Origin: Chitinophagaceae bacterium
GTDB taxonomy: Bacteria > Bacteroidota > Bacteroidia > Chitinophagales > Chitinophagaceae
Reading direction: 5' to 3'
Length of the DNA stretch: 64,000 bases
Assembly (NCBI GenBank): GCA_022843585.1
Contig: JALHNJ010000004.1
Span: forward strand, 101,869-165,868
Position 1 is the stretch's first letter. The number at the start of each line of letters is the position of its first letter. A model generated the notes under the pieces. The model made no database searches. It was not told where the DNA came from and saw only the letters and a list, made by a program, of their open reading frames with translations. Both the position numbers and the translations under genes were made by a program. Shown here piece after piece: positions 19,440 through 28,238 of this stretch.

Positions 19440-19749
19440 AAAAAAACATTTCAATCAGGCTATCACTCTTTTCGTTTTCCCGGGCTTCTATTTCAAACTT
19501 ATTATTGTAGTAACCGTTCTTCATCCAATCAAAAAGATATTGGCTGATAAACCCAACGAATCCATTTTGTTTATACTGTTCTACATGCCTTAGCTCATGA
19601 CATACCCATTCTTTGTTACTTAAAAATTCGTTGCGGCTTGTATTATGCAAATGAATGGTACTGCCGAAAACAATCGCCACTTTATCGGCCTTCATTTTTA
19701 CAGCTGCAATTTTAGCTACCAAGGAATTTTCTTTTATACGCACTTGCAT
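19432..19749 (-). CDS. Stand-alone DUF4157-like (HExxH) small protein
   Basis: The segment AIVFGSTIHLHN....VCHELRHVEQYKQ resembles the DUF4157 zinc-metallopeptidase-like core with an HELxHV motif. It is 105 aa, and its 3' end overlaps the birA 3' end by 8 nt (convergent genes). Confidence 0.6.
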   Translation of the reverse strand: MQVRIKENSLVAKIAAVKMKADKVAIVFGSTIHLHNTSRNEFLSNKEWVCHELRHVEQYKQNGFVGFISQYLFDWMKNGYYNNKFEIEARENEKSDSLIEMFFFI

Positions 19750-19803
19750 ACAACAATGACTTTAATTGAATGGGTTTCGTTGCAGGTTTTCTTCTTTCTA
19801 TTA

Positions 19804-20265
19804 TCATTTCAAAGCCGCCAAAATCTCTTCGGCATGTGCTTTATTCTTGGGCTTAGTAAAAATTTTCAGGATGGTTCCCTTTTCATCAATTACAAATGTG
19901 GTCCGAAGCACACCCATATACTCCCGGCCAAAAAGTTTTTTCTGATCCCATACTCCATATTTTTCCAACACATCATGTGTAGTATCTGCAAGTAGCGGAA
20001 AGGGCAGCTTATATTTTATTTCGAATTTCTTTTGTACCGTTTCACTATCCGGACTTACTCCAACTACTTCAAATCCGTTTTTCTTTAATAAGGAATAATT
20101 ATCCCGCAAGTTGCAAGACTCAATAGTGCAGGTGGGCGAACCAGCTTCTGAATAGAAATATAATACCAGCCTTTTTCCTTTGTAATCAGCCAACGAAATT
20201 TTTTTGCCGTATTGATCGGTACTTGAAAATGCCGGTACTTTATCTCCCTCTTTCAACGTAACCAT
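19804..20265 (-). CDS. bcp: Thioredoxin-dependent thiol peroxidase (Bcp-type peroxiredoxin)
   Basis: FYSEAGSPTCT peroxidatic-Cys motif and SPDS..QKKF. The 153-aa length fits Bcp. Confidence 0.9.
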   Translation of the reverse strand: MVTLKEGDKVPAFSSTDQYGKKISLADYKGKRLVLYFYSEAGSPTCTIESCNLRDNYSLLKKNGFEVVGVSPDSETVQKKFEIKYKLPFPLLADTTHDVLEKYGVWDQKKLFGREYMGVLRTTFVIDEKGTILKIFTKPKNKAHAEEILAALK

Positions 20266-20267
20266 AA

Positions 20268-22070
20268 TTATTTTTTCTTTTTTGGAATTGTTTTCTTTTT
20301 AGTGCTTGTCTTCTTCACTACTTTCTTCTTTGGTGGTAGCGGAGTGTAAGGAGCTCTTTTAAACCACCATGTTTTTGTAGTAGCATTTCCTACAAGGTCT
20401 TCTATTGTTACTTTCAATTCATGTACACCATACGGACATCTTTCATCAAATTGATATATCCAGTTTCGGGTTTTATCATTGGTAAATCGCAGCCATTGGC
20501 CGTTTAGTTCTGCTCTTAACTTTTTCACCATTCCAAAATTATCGGTAGGAGAAAATACAATGCGACTGGCTGCACTTAAATTAAGTGTATCTCCTCTTCC
20601 TAGTTCGTTTAATTTTGGTGGAGTTACATCCGCTACTACTTGAAAAGTTCCAAAATCACCAAATTTTGCAGTTACCCAATCTCCCTGCCATTCTGCTTTT
20701 CTTATCGTACTGCCTTTGGATGTTTTTTGTATCAGCAATCTCTCTTTCCATTCCTCCGGTATTTGTTTTGTTGGCTTAATCCGCACTGTTAAATCATCAT
20801 GCACCGGAAATGAGCCATCGTTTACCTGGTGGACTCCCGAAACAATGGTAGTTGCCACAACATTATTTCTAAAATAAACAGACTGCACGGTATCATACAA
20901 ACAACCTTCGCCAACGAACAATTCAAAATCCGGTTTCTCCAGCACACTCACCATATTAGGCGCAAACCGCTGTGCCGGATTTCTGTATTTCGTTCTTTGT
21001 TGGGCAAGACTATCTGAATATTGAATACCAAAATTGATTTGAGAAGTATTACCATGTGCATCTTTTACATCAATACTTATATTACGAATTGTGGTATCTG
21101 TTAAATGAATAACTCCATCATTTTTTATTACATGATACGCAGCACCGTTATCACCCGGTAATTTTGAAAGATGTTGCAGGTATGCGCCGCCGTTGTAATC
21201 ATATTTATAATCAATATGAGCATTCATGTACCGTGTTTCTTTGTAATCAATGCTATCCAACACAAAACTTACTTGCGGTTCGTAATCAATAAACAATTTG
21301 GCAGAGAAAATTCCATTGGGATTATTGGAGCCGCTTAATCTGTCATAAGCCTGTATAGCAAAACTTACTCTATCCAAACCTGTTACTATAACCGGCAGTT
21401 TTGGAATGATGTAGCCGCTGTCCGTATTTTTTAGTGCAAAAAACCGTGGCGATTGGTCGTACACAGATTTGCTTCTGTCATACATCGCCAGTTTTACAAT
21501 AGTTGGTTCCACTTTATCTTCCACATCAAAACCAAACAACAAAGGGTTTAATCGTTTGGTGGTTTTGGTGTCAAAAATTTCAAAATGAAGGTGTGGCCCC
21601 TGCGAACCTCCGGTATTGCCGCTGTATGCAATAAGCTGTCCTTTATGAACCGGGAATTTATTTTTTTCTAAATCTAATTCTATCGCCCAACTTTCCTTGC
21701 TGTATTGCTGTCCTGTTACATATTCTTCCAACTCCGGGTAAAAATCGTTGAGGTGAGCATACAATGTAGAGAGGCCGTTGGGATGAGTAATAGTGATGAA
21801 ACGTCCAAAACTTTGTGCCCGGATACCAATGTGAGAAATATAACCTTCTGCAGCAGCATATACCGGCAGGTTTTCTCGTTGATTAGTTCTTATATCAAGC
21901 CCCATATGCCAGTGATTGGGACGAAGCTCCCCGAAATTAGCGGAGAGATCAATGGGAATACCGAGTGGATTTCTGAAATAACCTTTGGGGTAAGCAGGCG
22001 ACTGTGCTTTTACAAGAGTTGAAATAAAAAAAGCCGTACAAAAAAATAAAACCTTCCACTGCATACACAA
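20268..22070 (-). CDS. Large secreted M23 family metallopeptidase
   Basis: HMGLDI, H.NG..TLYAHL and SQGPHLHFEI motifs in the N-terminal third, a ~400-aa beta-rich C-terminal region, and a Lys-rich tail. The stop is 2 nt upstream of the bcp start. Confidence 0.8.
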   Translation of the reverse strand: MCMQWKVLFFCTAFFISTLVKAQSPAYPKGYFRNPLGIPIDLSANFGELRPNHWHMGLDIRTNQRENLPVYAAAEGYISHIGIRAQSFGRFITITHPNGLSTLYAHLNDFYPELEEYVTGQQYSKESWAIELDLEKNKFPVHKGQLIAYSGNTGGSQGPHLHFEIFDTKTTKRLNPLLFGFDVEDKVEPTIVKLAMYDRSKSVYDQSPRFFALKNTDSGYIIPKLPVIVTGLDRVSFAIQAYDRLSGSNNPNGIFSAKLFIDYEPQVSFVLDSIDYKETRYMNAHIDYKYDYNGGAYLQHLSKLPGDNGAAYHVIKNDGVIHLTDTTIRNISIDVKDAHGNTSQINFGIQYSDSLAQQRTKYRNPAQRFAPNMVSVLEKPDFELFVGEGCLYDTVQSVYFRNNVVATTIVSGVHQVNDGSFPVHDDLTVRIKPTKQIPEEWKERLLIQKTSKGSTIRKAEWQGDWVTAKFGDFGTFQVVADVTPPKLNELGRGDTLNLSAASRIVFSPTDNFGMVKKLRAELNGQWLRFTNDKTRNWIYQFDERCPYGVHELKVTIEDLVGNATTKTWWFKRAPYTPLPPKKKVVKKTSTKKKTIPKKKK

Positions 22071-22245
22071 AAATACACATCAGTGTTATACTATTTATGT
22101 TATGCAGCTTGTAGCACATTAAAAACGACTTAAAATTTGCTGACAATGAATATAAGCAGGCATATCGTATACAAGTTTTATCGCATTTACCTTATATGAG
22201 TAGGCTATAACACACAATATTTGTATCTTTTACCCTTATTTAGTT

Positions 22246-22833
22246 ATGACCAAGTTAATGTGGCTGTTACCAGTCGCCATTATATTATGCGCCTGTCCTT
22301 TTGAATCGAAAGTTCCATTGGCAGCAGCACCGGTTGAACCGGTTGATACAACCATGATAGGTTATTGGTATGGTATTGTAAAAGATGGCAGCGATTATTT
22401 TGGTATAGAAGCATTAGACATTACCAAACAATCTGACTCTACTTACTCTATTGTTAGATATGGCAAAGCTATAAAAGGCGACATCATTTTGCCTGATACA
22501 GCCTACTTTACCGGTTATACTTCGTATATAGGCGATTTGAAATTTATGAATGTGGAGTCTACCATCGTGTTGGTAGAAAACCGGCGCAACAAACAACCTA
22601 TCATTACAAAAGAGAAAGTTTTTTACATGGCCATGTTTGAAATGCGAAACGACACCTTGAAGCTAAAAACCATTTCGGAAAGTTTTTCTCCCACCAAAAA
22701 AATATTTAGCAGTCCGGAGCAGCTGAAAGAGACCGTAACCGATTTATTAGCACAGAAAAAAAATATTTACGACGATCTGTATTCACTTTCCTACAGGAAA
22801 ATTCCAAAGCCGCAACCGATTAAATCGTTCTAA
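22246..22833 (+). CDS. Lipoprotein of unknown function
   Basis: Signal peptide with a lipobox-like ILCAC. I recognise no motif. Confidence 0.55.
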   Translation: MTKLMWLLPVAIILCACPFESKVPLAAAPVEPVDTTMIGYWYGIVKDGSDYFGIEALDITKQSDSTYSIVRYGKAIKGDIILPDTAYFTGYTSYIGDLKFMNVESTIVLVENRRNKQPIITKEKVFYMAMFEMRNDTLKLKTISESFSPTKKIFSSPEQLKETVTDLLAQKKNIYDDLYSLSYRKIPKPQPIKSF

Positions 22834-22887
22834 ATTTTCGTGAGTAAAAAAATCAAAATTCCTCCCCAAAAACCCCAGCTATTCCCT

Positions 22888-22895
22888 TACTTTTG
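22888..22895 (+). promoter_or_regulatory. Candidate -7 promoter element (TActTTTG) upstream of carB
   Basis: Exact TAnnTTTG match 52 nt upstream of the carB ATG. No canonical -33 TTTG lies at the expected spacing. Confidence 0.35.
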
Positions 22896-22947
22896 CGCAA
22901 TTTGTTTTTCCAGAACGATTACTGCCAGTAAAGCTTAAAAACAAAAA

Positions 22948-25800
22948 ATGCCAAAAGACAATTCGATCAAATCGGTTCTTATTATCGGCTCCGGCCCTAT
23001 TATTATCGGGCAAGCTTGCGAGTTTGACTATTCCGGCACTCAAGCCGCCCGGAGTTTACGGGAAGAAGGGATAAAAGTTATACTTATCAATAGCAACCCG
23101 GCCACCATTATGACAGACCCCATGATGGCAGACCGGGTTTATTTATTGCCCCTTACAGTAGAAAGTATCGAGCAAATATTACAGGAAAATGATATTGATG
23201 CGGTGTTGCCAACCATGGGTGGGCAAACGGCATTGAATCTGGCCAAAGAAGCAGAAGACCTCGGCATCTGGAACCAATACAATGTGCGGCTGATCGGTGT
23301 GGACATAAAAGCCATTGATAAAGCAGAGGATCGGGAAAAATTTCGTCAGTGGATGATTCAATTGGGCGTAAAAGTGGCAACGGCCAGAACGGCCAACTCA
23401 TTTTTAGAAGGAAAAGAATTTGCACAGGAAATAGGATTCCCATTGGTAATCCGCCCATCATTTACATTGGGCGGTACCGGTGGTGGATTTGTACATGATA
23501 AAGATGACCTGGATGAAGCGTTGAACCGTGGTTTACAAGCATCCCCAATACATGAAGTGCTGGTAGAAAAAGCAGTACTCGGCTGGAAAGAATTTGAACT
23601 GGAATTGCTCAGAGATGCGTCTGATAATGTTTGTATTATTTGCACTGTAGAGAATTTTGACCCGATGGGTGTGCATACCGGCGACTCGATAACAGTTGCT
23701 CCCGCAATGACACTCAGCGATACGGCCATGCAATTGATGCGAAACACCGCAATCATGATGATGCGTGACTTAGGAAATTTTGCCGGTGGTTGTAATGTAC
23801 AGTTTGCATTGAACCCGGAGAATGAAGAAATCATTGCAATTGAAATTAACCCACGGGTAAGCCGTTCATCTGCATTGGCAAGTAAGGCCACCGGTTATCC
23901 AATTGCAAAAATTGCAGCTAAGCTGGCTATTGGATATAATTTGGATGAACTGCAAAATCAAATTACCAAAACAACATCTGCTTATTTTGAACCAGCGTTA
24001 GATTATGTGATCGTAAAAATTCCCCGCTGGAATTTTGATAAATTCAAAGGAGCGAATGATACACTGGGATTGCAAATGAAAAGTGTGGGTGAGGTAATGG
24101 CTATCGGCAGAAGTTTTACAGAAGCGATACAAAAAGCTTGTCAGAGTTTGGAGAATAATGCAGTTGGGCTTGGCTACTATGGCAAAAGCCTGATGCATGC
24201 CGATGAATTGCTTGAATATATCAAGACCCCAAAATGGGACCGCATTTTCCGAATTAAGGATGCGTTGATGGCGGGTATTTCGGTGGGTTCCATTTCAAAA
24301 GCTACCAATGGTATTGACAGGTGGTTTCTCTATGAAATTCAAAAGATCTGCAACCTTGAAAAAGAAATGGCTAAATATGATCTGGCAGATTTGCCATTAG
24401 ATCTTTTAAGAGAAGCTAAAGTAAATGGCTTTAGCGATGAGCAGATAAGCCGTATAATAGAACATGGTGATGAAGAAGATGTATATAATAAAAGGAAAGC
24501 AGCCGGAATAACCAGGGTTTACAAAATGGTGGACACCTGCTCGGCAGAGTTTGAAGCAAAGACGCCTTATTTCTATTCAACATTTGAAAGTCTTTCTACC
24601 TCCGCCCAAGGTGGAGAACTCGTACACAACGAAAGTAAGGTTACCCATAAGAAAAAAATTATTGTATTAGGCTCAGGTCCTAATCGTATTGGCCAGGGAA
24701 TTGAATTTGATTATTGCTGTGTGCATGGTCTATTAGCCATTAAAGAATGTGGTTACGAAGCCATCATGGTAAACTGTAATCCAGAAACAGTAAGTACCGA
24801 TTTCGACATGGCCGATAAATTGTACTTCGAACCTGTTTATTGGGAACATCTTTGGGAAATAATTGAACATGAAAAACCTGAAGGTGTGATTGTGCAGCTC
24901 GGTGGGCAAACTGCCTTAAAGCTGGCAGAAAAATTAACGCAGAAAGGCATCAGAATAGTTGGCACATCATATGATAGTCTTGACATTGCCGAAGACCGTG
25001 GACGGTTTAGTGATAGACTGAAAGTATTAGACATTCCTTATCCTGATTACGGAACTGCAGAAGATGTGGACGAAGCTGTAGCTGTTGCCAATAAAGTTGG
25101 ATATCCTGTTTTGGTTCGTCCTTCTTATGTATTGGGTGGACAAAGAATGAGGATTGTATTGAATGATGAAGAAGTAGAAAAAGCAGTAGTAAGTTTATTA
25201 AAGCATTTACCAGGTAATAAAATATTGATCGATCATTTTCTTGACCGTTGCCAGGAAGCAGAGATAGATGGAATTTTTGACGGAGAGAATTTTCATGTAA
25301 TGGGTGTGATGGAGCATATTGAACCTGCCGGTATTCACTCTGGTGATAGCAATGCTGTGTTGCCTGCTTTTAATTTGACTCCGCTAATTGTGCATACCAT
25401 GGAAGAGTATGCAGAAAAAATTGCGAGAGATCTGAAAATCCAGGGGCTTATCAATATCCAATTTGCAATTAAGAATGACAAAGTGTTTGTAATTGAAGCC
25501 AACCCAAGAGCTTCCAGAACTACACCGTTCATTGCGAAAGCATACCAGATACCTTACCTGAATATTGCTACTAAAATCATGTTGGGCACTCATAAGCTTA
25601 CCGATTTTACGTTCGAGAAAAAATTGAAAGGCTTTGCGATCAAAGAACCGGTGTTCAGCTTTAATAAATTTCCGGGAGTGAATAAAGAGCTCGGCCCAGA
25701 AATGAAATCAACCGGCGAAGCCATTCGTTTTATAAAAGATTTGAGAGACCCGTACTTCCGTCAACTATATAAAGACAGAAGTATGTACCTGAGTAAGTAA
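22948..25800 (+). CDS. carB: Carbamoyl-phosphate synthase large subunit
   Basis: Two ATP-grasp halves (IGSGPIIIGQACEFDYSG and LGSGPNRIGQGIEFDYCC) and the oligomerisation domain. The 950-aa form without a long allosteric tail is common in Bacteroidota. No carA is in the window. Confidence 0.97.
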   Translation: MPKDNSIKSVLIIGSGPIIIGQACEFDYSGTQAARSLREEGIKVILINSNPATIMTDPMMADRVYLLPLTVESIEQILQENDIDAVLPTMGGQTALNLAKEAEDLGIWNQYNVRLIGVDIKAIDKAEDREKFRQWMIQLGVKVATARTANSFLEGKEFAQEIGFPLVIRPSFTLGGTGGGFVHDKDDLDEALNRGLQASPIHEVLVEKAVLGWKEFELELLRDASDNVCIICTVENFDPMGVHTGDSITVAPAMTLSDTAMQLMRNTAIMMMRDLGNFAGGCNVQFALNPENEEIIAIEINPRVSRSSALASKATGYPIAKIAAKLAIGYNLDELQNQITKTTSAYFEPALDYVIVKIPRWNFDKFKGANDTLGLQMKSVGEVMAIGRSFTEAIQKACQSLENNAVGLGYYGKSLMHADELLEYIKTPKWDRIFRIKDALMAGISVGSISKATNGIDRWFLYEIQKICNLEKEMAKYDLADLPLDLLREAKVNGFSDEQISRIIEHGDEEDVYNKRKAAGITRVYKMVDTCSAEFEAKTPYFYSTFESLSTSAQGGELVHNESKVTHKKKIIVLGSGPNRIGQGIEFDYCCVHGLLAIKECGYEAIMVNCNPETVSTDFDMADKLYFEPVYWEHLWEIIEHEKPEGVIVQLGGQTALKLAEKLTQKGIRIVGTSYDSLDIAEDRGRFSDRLKVLDIPYPDYGTAEDVDEAVAVANKVGYPVLVRPSYVLGGQRMRIVLNDEEVEKAVVSLLKHLPGNKILIDHFLDRCQEAEIDGIFDGENFHVMGVMEHIEPAGIHSGDSNAVLPAFNLTPLIVHTMEEYAEKIARDLKIQGLINIQFAIKNDKVFVIEANPRASRTTPFIAKAYQIPYLNIATKIMLGTHKLTDFTFEKKLKGFAIKEPVFSFNKFPGVNKELGPEMKSTGEAIRFIKDLRDPYFRQLYKDRSMYLSK

Positions 25801-25824
25801 TGTTGCTAAGCAAATTTTAAAAGG

Positions 25825-25857
25825 AAAGCCCATCATCAGTTACCTGCGATGGGCTTT
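25825..25857 (+). terminator. Intrinsic terminator after carB
   Basis: 10-bp perfect stem aaagcccatc / gatgggcttt with a 13-nt loop. The 3' arm runs into a T-rich stretch (ttttagttt). Confidence 0.7.
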
Positions 25858-26147
25858 TAGTTTAATGGTTACTGGTCTCTGGTTAAGGAAACTCGCAGTT
25901 GGTTTTGGTTATCGCATAAAGCGAAGTAATCTTTTATATTTCAGTTACTGTTATTCCATAAAGCTACGTTTGCCTGCAAATCATCCTATTTAAAATTTAT
26001 CATTTCATTGGGTGCATCATTAATCACTCTATTCACATTACACAATATAATTAATTGTTTATCAATAAATTGGATAAGAATATCAGCACCTATTTATTTG
26101 TTTCATATTAAAGCAGAAAATCTTACTTTCAATATTAAATACCCAGT

Positions 26148-27683
26148 ATGAATACTTCTTCTGACTTTTTGTGGCGTTTAATTCATTCATTAAGCAGTAG
26201 TGAAAAGCTTTTTTTTAAACGAAACTTTATCGGTGCATCCAGCCAGGCACTTTATATCAAACTCTTTAATGCAATCGCAATACAAAAAAATTACAACGAA
26301 GAAGCTATTCTTAAAAAATTTACTTCGCAACTCACCAAAAAAAACATCGCCTCGCAAAAACATTACCTGCTTCAGCTTATTAGTGATGCTATTGTAGAAT
26401 ACGATAGCCGCAACAGTGTCGGTCATTCCATTTATAAACAAATGTTGCTGATCAGAGTATATAGAAAAAAGGGATTACTGGCTGAAGCCCATAGCGTTTG
26501 GAAAAAAGCAGTAGCAAGAGCCCGGCAAACAGAATCGTATGCTATACTCAATTTATTAAAGGCTGAGTACGAAAAAATGATTTTATCAAGCAGTGTTCAC
26601 ATTAGCTATGCTGAAATGCACTCGATTTTTAAAGGGCACCTTATTACACACACACAATATGCGGGTCTTATTTCTTTACGGGATATTTATGCTGAAGTAT
26701 TGATACTAAAAAGAACAGCACATTTCGATCTTGATAACAGCCTTAAAGAAAAAACGCAGGCACTTTTACAGCAGGTTGACGCTTATAGCGCTGCGCTTGA
26801 TACAAAGTCATTCTGGCTCCGGCATTATTATCATTTAAGTAAAGCCACACTGCTTTACCTGTTAAACGATATTGCTGCTTCCTTTGAATTATTGCAGCAG
26901 TCATTAAAGGACTGGGAAAAAAACCCCTCTTTTATAGAAACACATGGCGAACATTATATTGAGCTGTTATATATGATAAACTATGCGGGCACTTTACACG
27001 GTTCCTATGAATATGTAGAAGATGTATTTAATCTTTCTCTCAATAATCAGCTCCAGGATAAAACACAACGGGCAAATTTTGAAGCAGTAAAATACCTTGC
27101 ACTGAATAAAGTGTATAATAAAACAGCCCGGTATAAAGAAGTTGAAAAGCTGGTAAAATCTATGAAAACAAAATACCGCCAGTGGGAGCCTGTTTTGAAT
27201 GCTGATCTTAACAGAACAGTTAGCCTCTCGCTGGGCATAGCCAGTTTTGTATTAGAGCAATATGACGATGCCTTATATTTTACAAAGCGGGGTGCTTTAT
27301 ATTTTAAAGAAGGTGGCCGGGAAGAGCACTCTGCTGTTGCACAAGTCTTACTATTATTAATTGCATACAGTCTGAACAATGCAAGAATTTTTGATGCGCA
27401 GTACCGCTCTACCTATACTTATTTTTATAAACGAAAAAAGAAACTTCCTTTTGAGACAGCATTAGTAAAATGCCTCCGCCGAACTTTTTACATGAAAGAT
27501 GTAAAAAGTAAAATTGAAGAATATAAAAAAGCTTTGGAGGTATTTGTAGAAAATAAAGAAGACAATGTACAGCAACAATCGTTTGCTATCTTTAATTACC
27601 CCGGATGGCTTACCAGTAAAATCAAACGTATACCCTACCGTCAATACGTTGAACAAAAAGTAAAAGAAAGTAGTTTGGCCTGA
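26148..27683 (+). CDS. All-alpha (TPR-like) protein of unknown function
   Basis: A 511-aa ORF with coding-like composition and helix-rich sequence. No signal peptide, no TM segment and no catalytic motif that I recognise. Confidence 0.6.
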   Translation: MNTSSDFLWRLIHSLSSSEKLFFKRNFIGASSQALYIKLFNAIAIQKNYNEEAILKKFTSQLTKKNIASQKHYLLQLISDAIVEYDSRNSVGHSIYKQMLLIRVYRKKGLLAEAHSVWKKAVARARQTESYAILNLLKAEYEKMILSSSVHISYAEMHSIFKGHLITHTQYAGLISLRDIYAEVLILKRTAHFDLDNSLKEKTQALLQQVDAYSAALDTKSFWLRHYYHLSKATLLYLLNDIAASFELLQQSLKDWEKNPSFIETHGEHYIELLYMINYAGTLHGSYEYVEDVFNLSLNNQLQDKTQRANFEAVKYLALNKVYNKTARYKEVEKLVKSMKTKYRQWEPVLNADLNRTVSLSLGIASFVLEQYDDALYFTKRGALYFKEGGREEHSAVAQVLLLLIAYSLNNARIFDAQYRSTYTYFYKRKKKLPFETALVKCLRRTFYMKDVKSKIEEYKKALEVFVENKEDNVQQQSFAIFNYPGWLTSKIKRIPYRQYVEQKVKESSLA

Positions 27684-27707
27684 TGCAGTTTTTTTATAAT
27701 TTAAAGT

Positions 27708-28178
27708 ATGAATAAAGAAATTCAATCCATCATCAGCCGGATGGAAACTGTAACCAGCGGTGAGCCATGGTTTGGCCGGGCTGTATTTTCAATTATGGAT
27801 GAAGTGGGGGCAGCAAATGCATTTGAAAAACCAACTGGTGCACCACACTCTTTAATTGAATTATTATACCATATGATTACCTGGGCAGACTTCACTTTAA
27901 AAAGATTAGAGAAAGACAACATCAACGATTTAATAGCTGCCGAGGAACTCGATTGGCGGAAAATAGACCCAAAACAACATAGCTGGAAAAAAGGGCTAAA
28001 AGAATTCAAAAGCATACATAAAAAGATAACTACCCTCCTAAAGAAAAAAGAAGATGCCTTTTTAAACGAGATTGTGGATTACCGTAAATACAATTATCGC
28101 TTTTTGCTAAACGGCATGATCGAGCATAATATCTACCACCTTGGCCAGATAGCTTACCTAAATAAAATGCTGAGCTAA
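27708..28178 (+). CDS. DinB family protein
   Basis: Four-helix-bundle DinB pattern with conserved His positions (LLYHMITW, MIEHNIYHLGQIAYL). 156 aa. Confidence 0.8.
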   Translation: MNKEIQSIISRMETVTSGEPWFGRAVFSIMDEVGAANAFEKPTGAPHSLIELLYHMITWADFTLKRLEKDNINDLIAAEELDWRKIDPKQHSWKKGLKEFKSIHKKITTLLKKKEDAFLNEIVDYRKYNYRFLLNGMIEHNIYHLGQIAYLNKMLS

Positions 28179-28187
28179 AGACAGAAT

Positions 28188-28209
28188 ATACCTGAAAGTG
28201 GTATTTTTT
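28188..28209 (+). terminator. Weak terminator-like hairpin after the DinB-family gene
   Basis: 5-bp stem atacc/ggtat with a 7-nt loop, followed by T6. Confidence 0.3.
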
Positions 28210-28238
28210 AAAAGCTAGTGCTGCTGTAACTTTTCAGC

